A stretch of DNA of 64,000 nt. Source: Basidiobolus meristosporus CBS 931.73 (lineage: Eukaryota > Fungi > Basidiobolomycota). Numbering within the stretch: position 1 is the first letter of the stretch; each line of letters begins with the position of its first letter. Positions 1 through 12,595 of the stretch are shown piece after piece. The position numbers and the translations under genes were made by a program. Location of the stretch: NCBI GenBank assembly GCA_002104905.1, contig MCFE01000401.1, positions 1 through 64,000 of the forward strand, read 5' to 3'. The notes under the pieces were generated by a model. The model saw only the letters and a list, made by a program, of their open reading frames with translations, was not told where the DNA came from and made no database searches.

Positions 1-445
1 TGGAATCAATTGGAAACCAGAGATACTTAAGATGGAGGGTATCTGTAGAGCAAAAGCTTTCCACTGGGAACAATGCATTTGCTTTTCAACAATATCCCTA
101 TACTGATGACCAAGTTGTACATGGGGCATCTCAAGCTAAATGAGCCCTTCAAGATACTGTAGAAATTTGAAAGAATTGGCAAGATATTACAGTGTTTTGA
201 CAACCCTAAGTACTTCACACAAGCTCCAATTAACATTCATATGCATATGTCAAAATACAGGGGCAATACTGGATGAGCTGGATAAGTATTTATTCAAGTT
301 GGCAAGATGCTATTGTAATCTGGTCATAAGATTGTCAAGAGGGCCACTAATTCAAAGCTGCTGGCATTGTGACAGTCCCCATACAGGATCCCAAGAGCTG
401 GTCTGGATCAGATCCACCAGCTAGACCAAATTAGTTTTCATAGGG
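1..445 (+). mobile_element. Right end of a CACTA/EnSpm-type element (internally deleted), inserted into a copia-D LTR
   Basis: 1-200 matches the transposase region at 54200-54400; ends ...ttttCATAGGG at 439-445 like 55921-55934; copia-D LTR sequence resumes at 446. Confidence 0.75.
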
Positions 446-768
446 GAAGTGATTGGGAGAACAAGTAGATTATATGCCTTTCAGCAAGTAATTTATTGAA
501 TGTAAGAGTAGTGTTCATACTTTTATATAGTCTTGGCATAGCAAACATGTAGAATAGATTTGGGAAGGCTCCACTGACATGGGTGCAAAGTCTGGGGCTG
601 TTTGGACAACTTTGAGAATTTTCATGTTCAGGGTACCTGATATTTTTGTAAAAATGCTCTGAGTAGTACCCAACACGGAATTTGATCAGTATTCTCTAGG
701 ATATAAAAATAAGGATCTAAGTGACTAATTCAGGGGAGTATTTGGGTTGAATCACAAATTTTGCAACA
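446..768 (-). repeat. Copia family-D LTR remnant
   Basis: Diverged match to the LTRs at 57916-58262 and 62250-62598 (gaagtgatt..gagaacaagtagatt ... ttgcaaca). Confidence 0.8.
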
Positions 769-2293
769 AAATATACCTCCCACACACAAATATATCTTAT
801 AAGTATTATGGTGCACTTATCCTTATTTTATTTAGCAGTCTTATACCATTCTTTTTTACCCATATTATTAATATGATCCATATATGATGTTCACCCTGAT
901 TAGTCATTAGTATTAGTTGTCCCAGATGTTATTTATCATTGCAATCAGTATATGTGTCTACATTAGGCATATACCTGCATCAGTACCTGTGACACATGAC
1001 CTAGGTCTGTGTAACCATCCCTACCATTTCAATACCATATATGGTATCTCTATGATACACACATTTCAAACTACTTATCCCTGATTGGTTGGAAGTGCTG
1101 TTTATTTTAGAACCTTCCAGGCCCTTTTTAGATTATTTTTGGCCTGAAGTGATGTCATTGGGAATTCCACTAATGCCTGGATCTTCTAGAACCTTGCCAT
1201 TAGTAGGCACTTGGTAGTCAGGAAATGTATGCAAGGGAGATCAATCCCATATCAGTAAGTCATCCTTTCTATCAATAATACTTTCACCTTATTGATTGGC
1301 AGTTCATCACTGCACCTACCATGAACATTTACACCTCAGACCTGCCAACAAGGTGCTTTTCAGGGTAGTGCACAAGACACACAGAGGTTTTTGGAGACAC
1401 TTGGGGAATCTAGGAAGCTAGAGAAGCAGGAGCTTCTACCATACTGACATAGTAGACTTGTTCCGTTGGATAGTGCCACATTGAGCCATGAGTGCCAAAT
1501 AGTGCCATAGTGTGCCTGAGAGTCATAGCAGACCTAAACTTGGCCACAGAGTGTGACATATAGCTCTGCTTATTCATGCAAAGCAGCCCCTGTGTTTCAC
1601 CTACTGTGCGGGAGAAAATCAATTTTTTTACCTTTTTTTTGGGTTCAAAATTGTGCATGACATAATAGAGCACAGACAGACTGAAGATATGCATCTGGTA
1701 CATAATACCCATGGCACTCTAAATCTAGCCCCACAGGCTTGTAGCATGTCACAAAAATGCATGGCACTATCTTGGTCCACTCGTACTATCTGGCACTATA
1801 AGTGCTTTGTATAGGTTCTACTTTAGGGCTAATATTTAAATATAGTGCCAGATAGTACCAGTGGACCAAGATAGTGCCATGCATTTTTGTGACATGCTAC
1901 AAGCCTGTGGGGCTAGATTTAGAGTGCCATGGGTATTGTGTACTGGATGCATATCTTCAGTCTGTCAGTGCTCTTTTATGTCATGCACAATTTTGATCCC
2001 AAAAAAAAGGTTAAAAAATTGATTTTCTCCTGCACCGTAGGTGAAACACAGGGGCTGCTTTGCATGAATAAGCAGAACTATATGCCACACTCTGTGGCCA
2101 AGTTTAGGTCTGCTATGACTCTCAGGCACACTATGGCACTATTTGGCACTCATGGCTCAATGTGGCACTATCCAACGGAACAAGTCTAGTGTTAATGACA
2201 ACAGTTGTTAAGGCACAAAAGTGATTGCACCCATCAGACACCTCAAACACCATAAACTGTGAGCTTCTCCCAGGAATACTTCTCACCACCACA
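769..2293 (+). repeat. Gypsy-type family-C LTR, 5' end lost, interrupted by a fold-back MITE at 1455-2186
   Basis: Collinear with 6277-7080; ends caccaccaca at 2293. Confidence 0.75.
1455..2186. mobile_element. Fold-back MITE: ~346-bp inverted arms (1455-1800 / 1841-2186), 40-bp spacer, TA-flanked
   Basis: TA|GACTTGTTCCGTTGG...CCAACGGAACAAGTC|TA; arms are near-perfect reverse complements; second copy at 47351-48082. Confidence 0.92.
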
Positions 2294-2899
2294 CTTCCTT
2301 TTCTTGTATTGCCATGATCTCATCACATATCATCTTGCTGGTTGCATACTGGATACAGCTGTGAGAGGAATTAGACATATAAGCCATCAATGAGCCTTGG
2401 TTGTTGGAGCTATTGTTGTATGTGTCTTTTTTGGAAGGCTGAGGTGAGATACAAGATGCTCAGATTCACCCTGCTCAGCATGTGCAAGGTCTCACATGTG
2501 GGTAGGTGACATAACAGAAGTATCATGCGGACAACAGTATCCCTATGAAATATTAATGTGATGATCTTGTCAAAAGGCCATCACAAATTTAAAGTCCTGT
2601 GAATAAGAGGTATTGATACCATCAGGACACTGTGCAAAGACCACCAACAAATAATTGCACCCCAGATATCATACAACTTAGTCAACATTTTTCATCACAA
2701 CATTACAAAGTGGCTTTTGATTGATTCACTCCCAATCTTCTCACTTTCTGATCCTGGACACTGTATCACCTCCTATGTTTGTGTGTGTTGATTGGCTAAT
2801 GCCTCTGTTTCACACTCCTTACTACTTGACTCAACTTTTTTGCTTACTTTTCATGCATGCAAGTTGATTTATTTTTGTTGAAGTTACAGTTGTACCTCA

Positions 2900-4870
2900 A
2901 CTGCCTATTGTTTTGACCTTTACAAGTCCCTATGCCCTACACCAACATTAAGCCCAACCCCACACTCATCAAGTAACTTCATCAAAATCCACCACCCAAT
3001 AAGTATTTCTGATATCATGCTCTGTTTCCATGACTTTGGCTGGAACCTTACAGCTTTATGCCACTGTATATTCACTGATTCCCATATGTCATGGTCTTTA
3101 GCTAGCACTGCAAGGTCTAGTTCCTCATCACCCAGTCTTTGCAATAGGTCCTTGCAATATTCACCACTCAATAAGTATTTCTGATGTTGTGCTCTGTTTC
3201 CACAACTTTGGCAGGAGCCCAATAGCTTTATGCCACTATTCATTCACTGGTTCCCACACATCCTGGTCTTCAGGCAGCACTGCAATGTCTAGCACCTTAT
3301 GTACCAGTCTTGGCGGTAAGTCCTTGCACCATTCAGGTGCATTTTTTTGAGCACTGCTCTTGAAGAAGCGCTGCAACCTCTTGGTGTGCCTATTGATGTT
3401 CCAAAGCTCCACTGAAGGCATGGTGATAGTCTTTCAAGTTCTTGACATTGTTGCTTTGTCTGTCTGTTAGGTCTCTACTTGGTCAATAATGAATGATATG
3501 GAGGCTGTGGTAGATAAGTTGTCTTTCACTGCAAACTCATCTACCTCTCTGGAGTGTAGCTCAACTGGCTGCACTTACAACACTTGTGAAAACAGTGGCT
3601 TTCTTGTTGGTATTTCTTGGCTATGATGAAATTCAGTCTGCTCCATACATACACCATTAATTAGCAAGAACTGCAGCTTTTCTCTTATTCTTCTCTCTCT
3701 CAGGTTTGGGCGGACATTTTTCCTTTGCCTTTTTGTTTATCACTGTCAGGTTGCAGGGAACTACTCCTTTTCCTTTATAAATGTTATGCTGCTGTATCTG
3801 TGTCTGCCTGCTCTTCACTTATTAGTACTTTAACAGCTACCTGGTGTCTCTTTGATGCTTGTTTGGAGCTTTTGTCTCTGCTTGTAATGGGCACTTAAGG
3901 AAGCTGCTGATTTTTAGCTATTGCACCTTGTTCTTCTGCCTTGAAAGTTTTGGCTATTTCTGCAATACTCTCTCAGCATAAAAATGCTGGCACAGAATAT
4001 GTTGGCCTGTTTAAACCAGGAAAATGCTCATGGAATAAGTCAAGCATATTCTGCTTTGCCTTGAATAACCAATTCTCACATGGAATGCCAGCCTTAAGGT
4101 GTTGGCATGCTAGACTTCCAACAGCCTCTGGAATATTAGCCCACTCTGCATTATTGCACTCAATAGCTTCACAGATCTCCAATTTCTATTGATTTGTAGG
4201 CTATGGTATACACACCACATTATCTTCCTCCCATGCTGTGATAGGTTTTTCTGTGGGCTTTATATTTGGGCACTGTTGGTGTGCTTCAAAGACTGTACAG
4301 TGTTCTTCGGCTGTTACATTGGAAATTGCTCAACTCTTGGCTGTGATATTGAGCAACTTGAGTTCCTTCTTTGCAGCAAAGATACTGCTTTCTCTACCTG
4401 GGATATTGATTGCCCTACACATATTATTGGCTCATCCTGTTTCTGGACTATTTCCTGGTTTTCTGGGCCATTGCATATATCCTATCAGCCACTGCACCTA
4501 ATTGCCTCATTTATGCATTGATAAGAGCTGACAGCATGCTTGCTTATATGGGTGGTAGTGATGTTATGACAGACACTTACTGGTCTTCAGCTGAAGGTAA
4601 AGCTTTTAAACATTATAATCTCCCTCAGCTTTATGGTCATCTTGTGGTTCTGCAGAGATTCCTAATTTCATAGTTGACCAAGTGCCTGAGGAGCCTGCAT
4701 TATTACCTTCCATGGGCATATTGTCCACAGGGCCTTTCTTAGTTGCATCTCTGCTTGTTGCACTGAATATCAAACAAGCTGTAGTCCAACTGCTATTGTG
4801 CTGCTGTCAGTGGTGGTGTTTGGTTAGGAACCAGACTACTTTGCCTTATTGGTTGGTGGCATATATATGG
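2900..4870 (-). pseudogene. Second (accessory) gene of the EnSpm-type element, copy A; boundaries approximate
   Basis: ORF fragments 2920-3243, 3236-3421 and 3973-4182 are homologous to 50624-50956 and 51090-51719. Confidence 0.6.
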
Positions 4871-6276
4871 AAGTAAGTCAAAGCAAAGTAGAATTGGTTT
4901 TACATATATTGGTGTATGTGGTGCCACAAGTTTATTCATAATGCTTACTATGGCAGGTCATCATTGAATATTACATTCATGTAGGCACAATGTCTCAGAT
5001 ACAAGACTGTCTTAAATTCACATGAGTGCTGACAAAATAATGATACTATAGCTTTAAGTTGTTGAGTGTCAAACTGTTTGTCCCATGTACAAGACTACTT
5101 TGATTTAACACCATACAAGAAGAGAAAAAAGACCATGTATCTATAGTAGCAAGCCTCTCAGCCATAAAGCATGCAGATAGCATAGGAAGTTTTACAAGAT
5201 TCACCACCAGTGCTTTGCCACACAAGTCATATTTGAGTATTTACCAGTCACTACTTTACCAACAAAATCTTGCTGGCTACTTGATACATCTATAAAGTCA
5301 CCTGGGCATACATGTCACCTTAGGCAAACTAAGTCAGGTGAGTTTGTGATGCCTTTGTGCTCACCCCAGCATTCTGAATATGGCATGCATAGTGCTAGCT
5401 CTGAATAAGCAGGCTCCCTGTTGGATTGTGAGCCTATCTCCCCAAACAACAGTACCCTGCATGAGCCTGGCAGAATCCCATTGTGCAATGAATCAACACC
5501 CATGGAAAAAATGCCATGGATACTTTATGGAGCCAAGTGAGCCCTGTAATTCAACTACTGGTGAATGATATGATGTTGTGGCTAGAGAAGTGGCAGGTTT
5601 GCACCAAAATCAATATAGGGGGCTTTGAGAAGTAACCACAACTTCTTGCCAAAATCATTCCTAGATGCAACTTACCATGTATATGGTATAAATGGACAAC
5701 TGTCACGCAACTGGCAACATATGACCAATAGACCATCCTGATACTGGTATGGGTTAACAGTTGTATGGCACTCACATCAGAAAATGATACCAATGCAAGG
5801 TATCCAACTTGCTAGGAATCAACCATGATTGGGAGAAAACATTGTTCACACTTCAGATATATTCCAGTAATGTCCTGTCTAAAGAAGCTCATGCAGTCAA
5901 ACAAATATTGTGAAGCTGTAAAGTACCATACTCAGCATCAATCAAGTGCAAGCATATGCTATATGCTTGATGTCCAGCATTACAAATAGCTAAGATACAA
6001 GGGCAGCTTTGAAGGTATGTATGCCCATGACTTTGCCTTGTCACCTAATGGATTCTCATGAAACATGTAGAACACCAGCAAATGATGCTAGCCATTGTTT
6101 CTCATCAACCTAATCTGCTGCCTATCCTCCAGTATTAGAGCAAAACTCCAAAGTAGTCTCACTGGTATCTGGGCCTAAATCACAGTCCAACCTGGAGAGC
6201 TACCTGTATCCATTGCTGGTTGAATTTTGTATGCTTTCTAACAGAATATCAGTAAATGGCCATTATGTCAAAGTGC

Positions 6277-7080
6277 TGTGGTAGGATTAACACACCTCCC
6301 ACAGACAAATTGATTCATATAGCTATTATGACGTACTTGACCATATTTTATCTTATCAGTATTATCCCACTCTTCCTTTGCCCATATTATTAGTATTATC
6401 CTCATATGATGTTTACCCTGTTTAGTTATTAGCATTAGTTGTCCCAGATGTTATTCAGCTTTGTGATTGGTATAACTTCCACATTAGGCAAGAACCCATG
6501 TCATTACCTGTGACACATGACCTAAGTCTGTGTTACCATTCCAGCCATTTCAATACCATATTTGGTATCTCTATGCTTAACAGGTTTCAGACTACTGATC
6601 CCTGATAGGTTGGATGTGCTGTACCTTTCATAACCATCCAGGACCTTCTTGGAGTATTTTTAGCTGATAGTGATGTCATCATGAATTCCACTGATGCCTG
6701 GAATTTGCTAGAAACTGGTCATTAGTAAACACTTGGCAATCAGGAAAAGTATTCAAGGGAGGTCAATCCATTTTCAATAAATCATCCCTTCTATCAGTAA
6801 CACTTTCCTCTTATTAATTAGTAGTTGATTACTGCACCTACCTTTGGCATTTACACCTCAGACTTGCCAGCAAGGAGCTTTTCAGGGTAGTGCACAAGAC
6901 ACACAGAGGTCTTTGAAGACACTTGGAGGATATAGGAAGCTAGAGAAGCTGGAGCTTCTACAGTAGTGAAATATTGACAAAGACACCAGCAGTTTAAATG
7001 CAGAGGTTATTGCACCTATCAGACACCTCACACACCTTGAGTTGTGTAGCTTTTCCCAGGAGTACCTCTACACCACCACA
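6277..7080 (+). repeat. Solo LTR, family C (gypsy-type, 804 bp)
   Basis: TG...caccaccaCA; flanks GTGC / GCAC; interrupts transposase sequence that is continuous at 53941-53990. Confidence 0.85.
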
Positions 7081-7911
7081 GCACAGATTATTATCTACAT
7101 TGGAGATACCCCAGCCATCAACAAGATAACTGGTTTTTCTGGGCACAATGGACAATATTGCTGTCAAATGTGTGAGATCCAGGGGTCTTACTCTATAAAT
7201 CACACACATTATTATTACCCAAGTACCAACACCAAGAGCATCATCCTCCCACAAAGAGAATGTACAAAAGTCAGCATGTAATTGCAGCCAAGTTGGCAAG
7301 CTAGAAGCCATTGGCTGCAATATAGAATTTGTAGAAAGCAGGAGATACTTAAGATATAGGGTATCAGTTGGAGCAAAAGCTTTCCACTGGGAGCAATGGA
7401 TTTGCTTTTCTACAATATCCCTATACTGATGACCAACTTGTACATGGGGCATTTCAAGCTAAATGAGCCCTTTGAGATACCGGAGAAATTAGAAAGAATT
7501 TGCAAGATATTACAGAGTATCTGCTACCCTAAGTCCTTCTCATGGGCTCCAATTAATATTCATGTGCATATGCAACAATATAAATACAAAGACTGGATGA
7601 TGTTGATATGTATTTATTCAAGTGGCCTTCTTAAGCCATTTCAGCCAAGAGTGCATTGGAAGTATTGGGAGATATAAGTGGTCATTGTAAGAATTTATCC
7701 TGAAGTGGTTCACCTATGCCATCTTAATGCATCTAGAGCTTTTATGCAAGGAGTTTCTGATGGGACTTGAGTGGCTCTACCAAAAACATAAAGTGGAACA
7801 CATAGATCTTTGCTACTACTGTATTCATTGTCTACTCTATCTTGCTTGGCGTGTGGAAATTTTGGACCTTGGTTCACCTTTTGGGAGTTTCCTATAGCGC
7901 AGATGTGTGGA

Positions 7912-10900
7912 TGTTGAAATATTGGACTATTTGGTATCATTCAGCAGCTAAAAATTTACTTAACAATTCTAGGCTAGTCTTAGTCACTGTAGGACTCATT
8001 TACTGCCTTAACTTTGCCACTTTCTCCAGATATATGATCTTATGATTATTCCCCTATAGTCAGGATCAAATTAGCACTGTTACCAAACATTATGTACTAA
8101 CCCTGAAACTGTTACAGAATGCTCCTGAATATTGAGAAACCCTCCCTACTTAGTGTTGCAGCTGTATTACTTCTACAAAGCTATAAATACTGAGCTTCTT
8201 TATGAATAAACAACAGTTCAACTATTATCACTATTTCTTGATAAGTTCCTTATATCCAAATCACTTCTTAAATTGCAACAGGTTATGAGCCCCGATTGCC
8301 TTAATCTATTCTAAAGATGACTTCTACCAGCAAACAAAGCAATACCAACATCTTCCCTGTAAAGGAGAGGTTTGATGGGAAGAACTACAGACTTTGGAGA
8401 ATCAAGATGCAGATCCACCTTGAGGAAAGAAAGCCTTGGAACATAGTAACAGGAAAGGAAGTTGAGCCCAAAGCAACAGCAGAAGATGTGGAGAAGTTTC
8501 AAGACAAGGAGAGAAAGGCCTTCAATGCAATATGCATCAATGTGCAAGACTCCTTCATTGGACAAATCCATGCCTCAAATGCTGCCAAAGCAGCATGGGA
8601 ATCCTTAGAGAAGATCTTTAGAGCAAAGTTAGTATCAAGTAAGCTTTATTTGAAACAAAAGTTCTTCAACATGAGAAAAAAGCCAGATGATGACATGCTA
8701 CAACTCATTACCAGAATGGAGACACTTGCAGAAGAACTTTACAGTATTAATGCTGGTGTAGATGATGAAGAAAAGATACTCTGTCTGCTTAGCAGCCTAC
8801 CAGACAAGTATGAGCCACTCATACTTTCTTTTGAAAGCAGAGAAGACAACTTGACTTTAGACTATGTCAAAGGAAGACTTCTCCGTGAAGAACTCAGACG
8901 TAATGATCAAGCAGAGAAAATTGAAGATAATGCTTTATTCAGTTCAGAAAGGCATACAGAAAAGAAGGGAAAGCAACAAAACCAAAGAAAACCTGGCTGT
9001 TGTAACTACTGTAAGAAGCCAGGACACTGGGCAAGAGAATGCAAGAAGAAACAAGCAGACGAAAAACAGAAACTAGAGCAGGCAAACCATATAACTACTG
9101 ATGAACAGTTATTTGTCACTGTACAAGAGAGTGCAAGTAACCAAAGTAATGAATGGTATATTGACTCTGGAGCATCACAGCATATTTGTGGTATTAAGGA
9201 TTGGTTCAGCAACCTAAAGACTATTCCCGTAAGAAAGGTTTATCTGGGAGATAACTCTGCATTGGAAGCTACCGCCAGTGGGTCTATACAACTAAATATG
9301 AGTGATAACTCAGGGGCAACAACAGCAAAACTGACTGACATACTCTATGTACCTGGAATAGCCAAGAACCTACTCTCAGTCAGTAAAGCAACTACTCAGG
9401 GACTGAAATTTGTTTTTACTGCGCTGAGCTGCTCAATATTGAGTGAAAATGGACAAAAATTAGCTTTGGGAATCAGAGATCACAATATATACAAGCTACC
9501 ATGCAAGATCATTGTACCTGAATATGTCAACATTGCTGAAACCAATGAAACCAACTGGGAGACGTGGCATAGGAGGCTAGGACACATAGGGGAACAGAAA
9601 ATGAGCCAATTGGTGAAAATCAGCTTATTTTGGGCCTAAAATACTCAATTCCGATCAAATTGAATGTTTGTAAGGGATGTTCATATGGCAAACAAGCTAG
9701 GCAACATTTCAAGAGCTCAGAAGGCATCAATGCCACCAAAATATTGGCTATTGTACACTCAGACGTATGTGGCTCCATGAGAACACTGTCCTTTGGAGCC
9801 AAGAGATACTTTATGACGTTTATTGATGACAAGACAAGATATACATGGGTGTACTTCCTCAAAACAAAGGATGAAGCTTTAGAGACGTTTAAGCACTTCA
9901 AGAACATGGTGGAAACACCAACTGGGTGTAAATTGAAGGTACTACAAAGTGACAATGGAGGAGAACACTGCTCAAAGGAGTTTGCAAAATACTGCTTGTC
10001 TACTGGTATACTTCAAAAGACCACAGTTCCTCATACTCCATAGCAAAATGGAGTAGCAGAACGTTCAAATAGAACAATAGTAGAGATGGGAAGATCTATG
10101 CTACATGATACGGGAATGGACTACAAGTTTTGGGCTGAATCTGTTGCTACCGCTGTATACATCAGGAACAGATGCCCAACAACAGCACTACGCAATTTTA
10201 CACCCTTTGAAGCATATACAGGCAAAAAACCAGATCTCCAGCACCTCAGGATCTTTGGCAGTGATGTTTTTTATCACTTCCCTGACAAAAAACGCTCAAA
10301 GTTAGAACCAAAGAGTAGAAAAGGGATCTTTCTTGGGTATTGTGAAGATACTAAAGGGTATAGAGTGTATGATGGCAAAATTCAGACGCTGATCAAGAGC
10401 AGGGACATTGTATCTGAGGAGAATTCAGATCAGAAAGCCACAGAAATCATTGGCCAGCTGCCTGATGATGCAATCAACACAAATGAAGAAGATACGTACC
10501 AAATCCAGCCAGAGATGGAAGATACTTCTACCAGTTCCAGATCAGAACAGATTATCCCAGTTAGGAGATCTACCAGAATAAGAAATGCCCCTGGATCTTG
10601 GTGGCAGACATCCAATGATCATGAAGAAGCTTATCTTGCCTTATGTGCCAAACCTCAGAATCTGGAACAGGCAATGCAAGGTCCAGATGCTACTAAGTGG
10701 CAACAAGCCATGCAGGAGGAGTACCAATCACTGATCAAGGCAAAAATATGGGAACTGGTAGATTTACCAAATGGGAGAAAGCCAATAGGATGTAGATGGG
10801 TCTACAAGATCAAGATCACCTCAAATGGTGCCGTTGATAAGTACAAGGCTAAATTGGTGGCTAAAGGCTATTCCCAGATCCAGGGACTAGACTTTAAGGA

Positions 10901-12595
10901 AACATTTGCCCCGGTTGCCAAGTTTAACTCTATTAGGACAGTTCTAGCCCTGGCAGCTGTACACAGTCTAGATCTACACCAAATGGACGTCAAAACAGCC
11001 TTTCTAAATGGGGAATTGCAAGAAACTATATTTATGGAGCAACCAGAAGGTTTTACCGATCCAAAAGGCCCCCATAAGGTGTGCAAACTTAGAAAATTGT
11101 TGTATGGGCCTAAGCAGGCACCCAGAGCATGGTATAACAAGATTGACACATATCTAGAGGAAATTGGGTTGTCTCATAGCACTGCAGATCACAGTATATA
11201 TGTGAAACAGCTCAAAAAGGGTGTGATCATCCTAGTTCTTTATGTGGACGACCTAATTATAGCTACAAGTGATCAAGAGGCACTTAAACAGACAAAATCA
11301 GATTTCTTCAGCAAGTTTGAGATGAAAGTTCTTGGAAAATTGAGCTATTTTCTTGGAATTGAGGTCAAATTTGACATACCTACGCAGAAAATTGTGCCGA
11401 ATCAGTCTAAGTATATCAGGGACATTCTTAGACGCTTCAAAATGGAAAATTGCAAGCCTGCAGCAACCCCTATGGACAATAACCTGAAATTAAGCAAATC
11501 TCAGCCAGTTATAGATGAAAACGGCTCAAATATGGACCAAAACTTTCCCTATCAATCAATGGTTGGTAACCTAATGTACTTGATGGTGTCTACATGTCCC
11601 AATATTGCAGTAGCAGTTGGAATAGTCAGTTAATTCATGCAGAGTTATGGAACAGATCAAATTGCAGCAGTTAAGCGCATTTTCAGATATCTACAAGGTA
11701 CCATAAATATGGTACTGGAATACTCTGGAGCAGCTAATAGGCAAAAATTTGATGGTTATAGTGATTCAGATTGGGGTAGGGATCTGATTGACAAATGCTC
11801 TACCACAGGCTATGTATTTCTTTATGCTGGTGCAGCTATTACTTGGAATTGCAAGAAACAACCAACTGTGGCACTATCTACAACTGAAGCCAAATATATG
11901 GCTGCATGTCAAGCAACCAAGGAGGCTATATGGCTATGAAAATTATTCAAAGATTTAGGTTTTAATTCAGGTGAACCAACATGTATTTACAAGGATAATC
12001 AAAGTTGTATTTCATTAGCTAGAAATCCTACTAATCATGCCAGAACTAAGCACATTGATATACAGCATCACTTTGTGAGGGAAGCTGTAGAAAATAACTT
12101 TGTGGAGCTGGTTTACTGCCCATCTGACAAAGTGGTGGCAGACATATTGACAAAACCACTGGCTAGGCCACAGTTTGAGATCCTTAGAGAGAAATTGGGA
12201 TTAAGAAATTATTTAGTTGAGGGGGAGTGTTGAAATACTGGACTATTTGGTATCATTCAGCAGCTAAAATTTACTTAACAATTCTAGGCTAGTCTTAGTC
12301 ACTGTAGGACTCATTTACTGCCTTAACTTTGCCACTTTCTCCAAATATATGATCTTATGATTATTCCCCTATAGTCAGGATCAAATTAGCACTGTTACCA
12401 AACATTATGTACTAACCCTGAAACTGTTACAGAATGCTCCTGAATATTGAGAAACCCTCCCTACTTAGTGTTGCAGCTGTATTACTTCTACAAAGCTATA
12501 AATACTGAGCTTCTTTATGAATAAACAACTGTCCAACTATTATCACTATTTCTTGATAAGTTCCTTATATCCAAATCACTTCTTAAATTGCAACA
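7912..12595 (+). mobile_element. Ty1/copia LTR retrotransposon, family 1 copy a (full length, disrupted ORF)
   Basis: LTRs 7912-8280 and 12228-12595 (TGTTG..CAACA); TSD GTGGA; primer-binding site (PBS) GGTTATGAGCCC at 8281; polypurine tract (PPT) GAGGGGGAG at 12219-12227. Confidence 0.97.
8317..12233 (+). pseudogene. Copia gag-PR-IN-RT-RH polyprotein with a frameshift (~9628) and stops at 10041, 11631 and 11937
   Basis: CNYCKKPGHWAREC knuckle, WYIDSGAS protease, HRRLGH and VHSDVCG integrase, YVDDL RT; near-identical to the intact ORF at 15021-18938. Confidence 0.95.

Noticed and set aside
1929-2189. ORFs inside the fold-back arms (also 1410-1712 and 47876-48085)
   Set aside because: They recur only because the arms are repeats; their start and extent differ between copies and no domain is recognisable.
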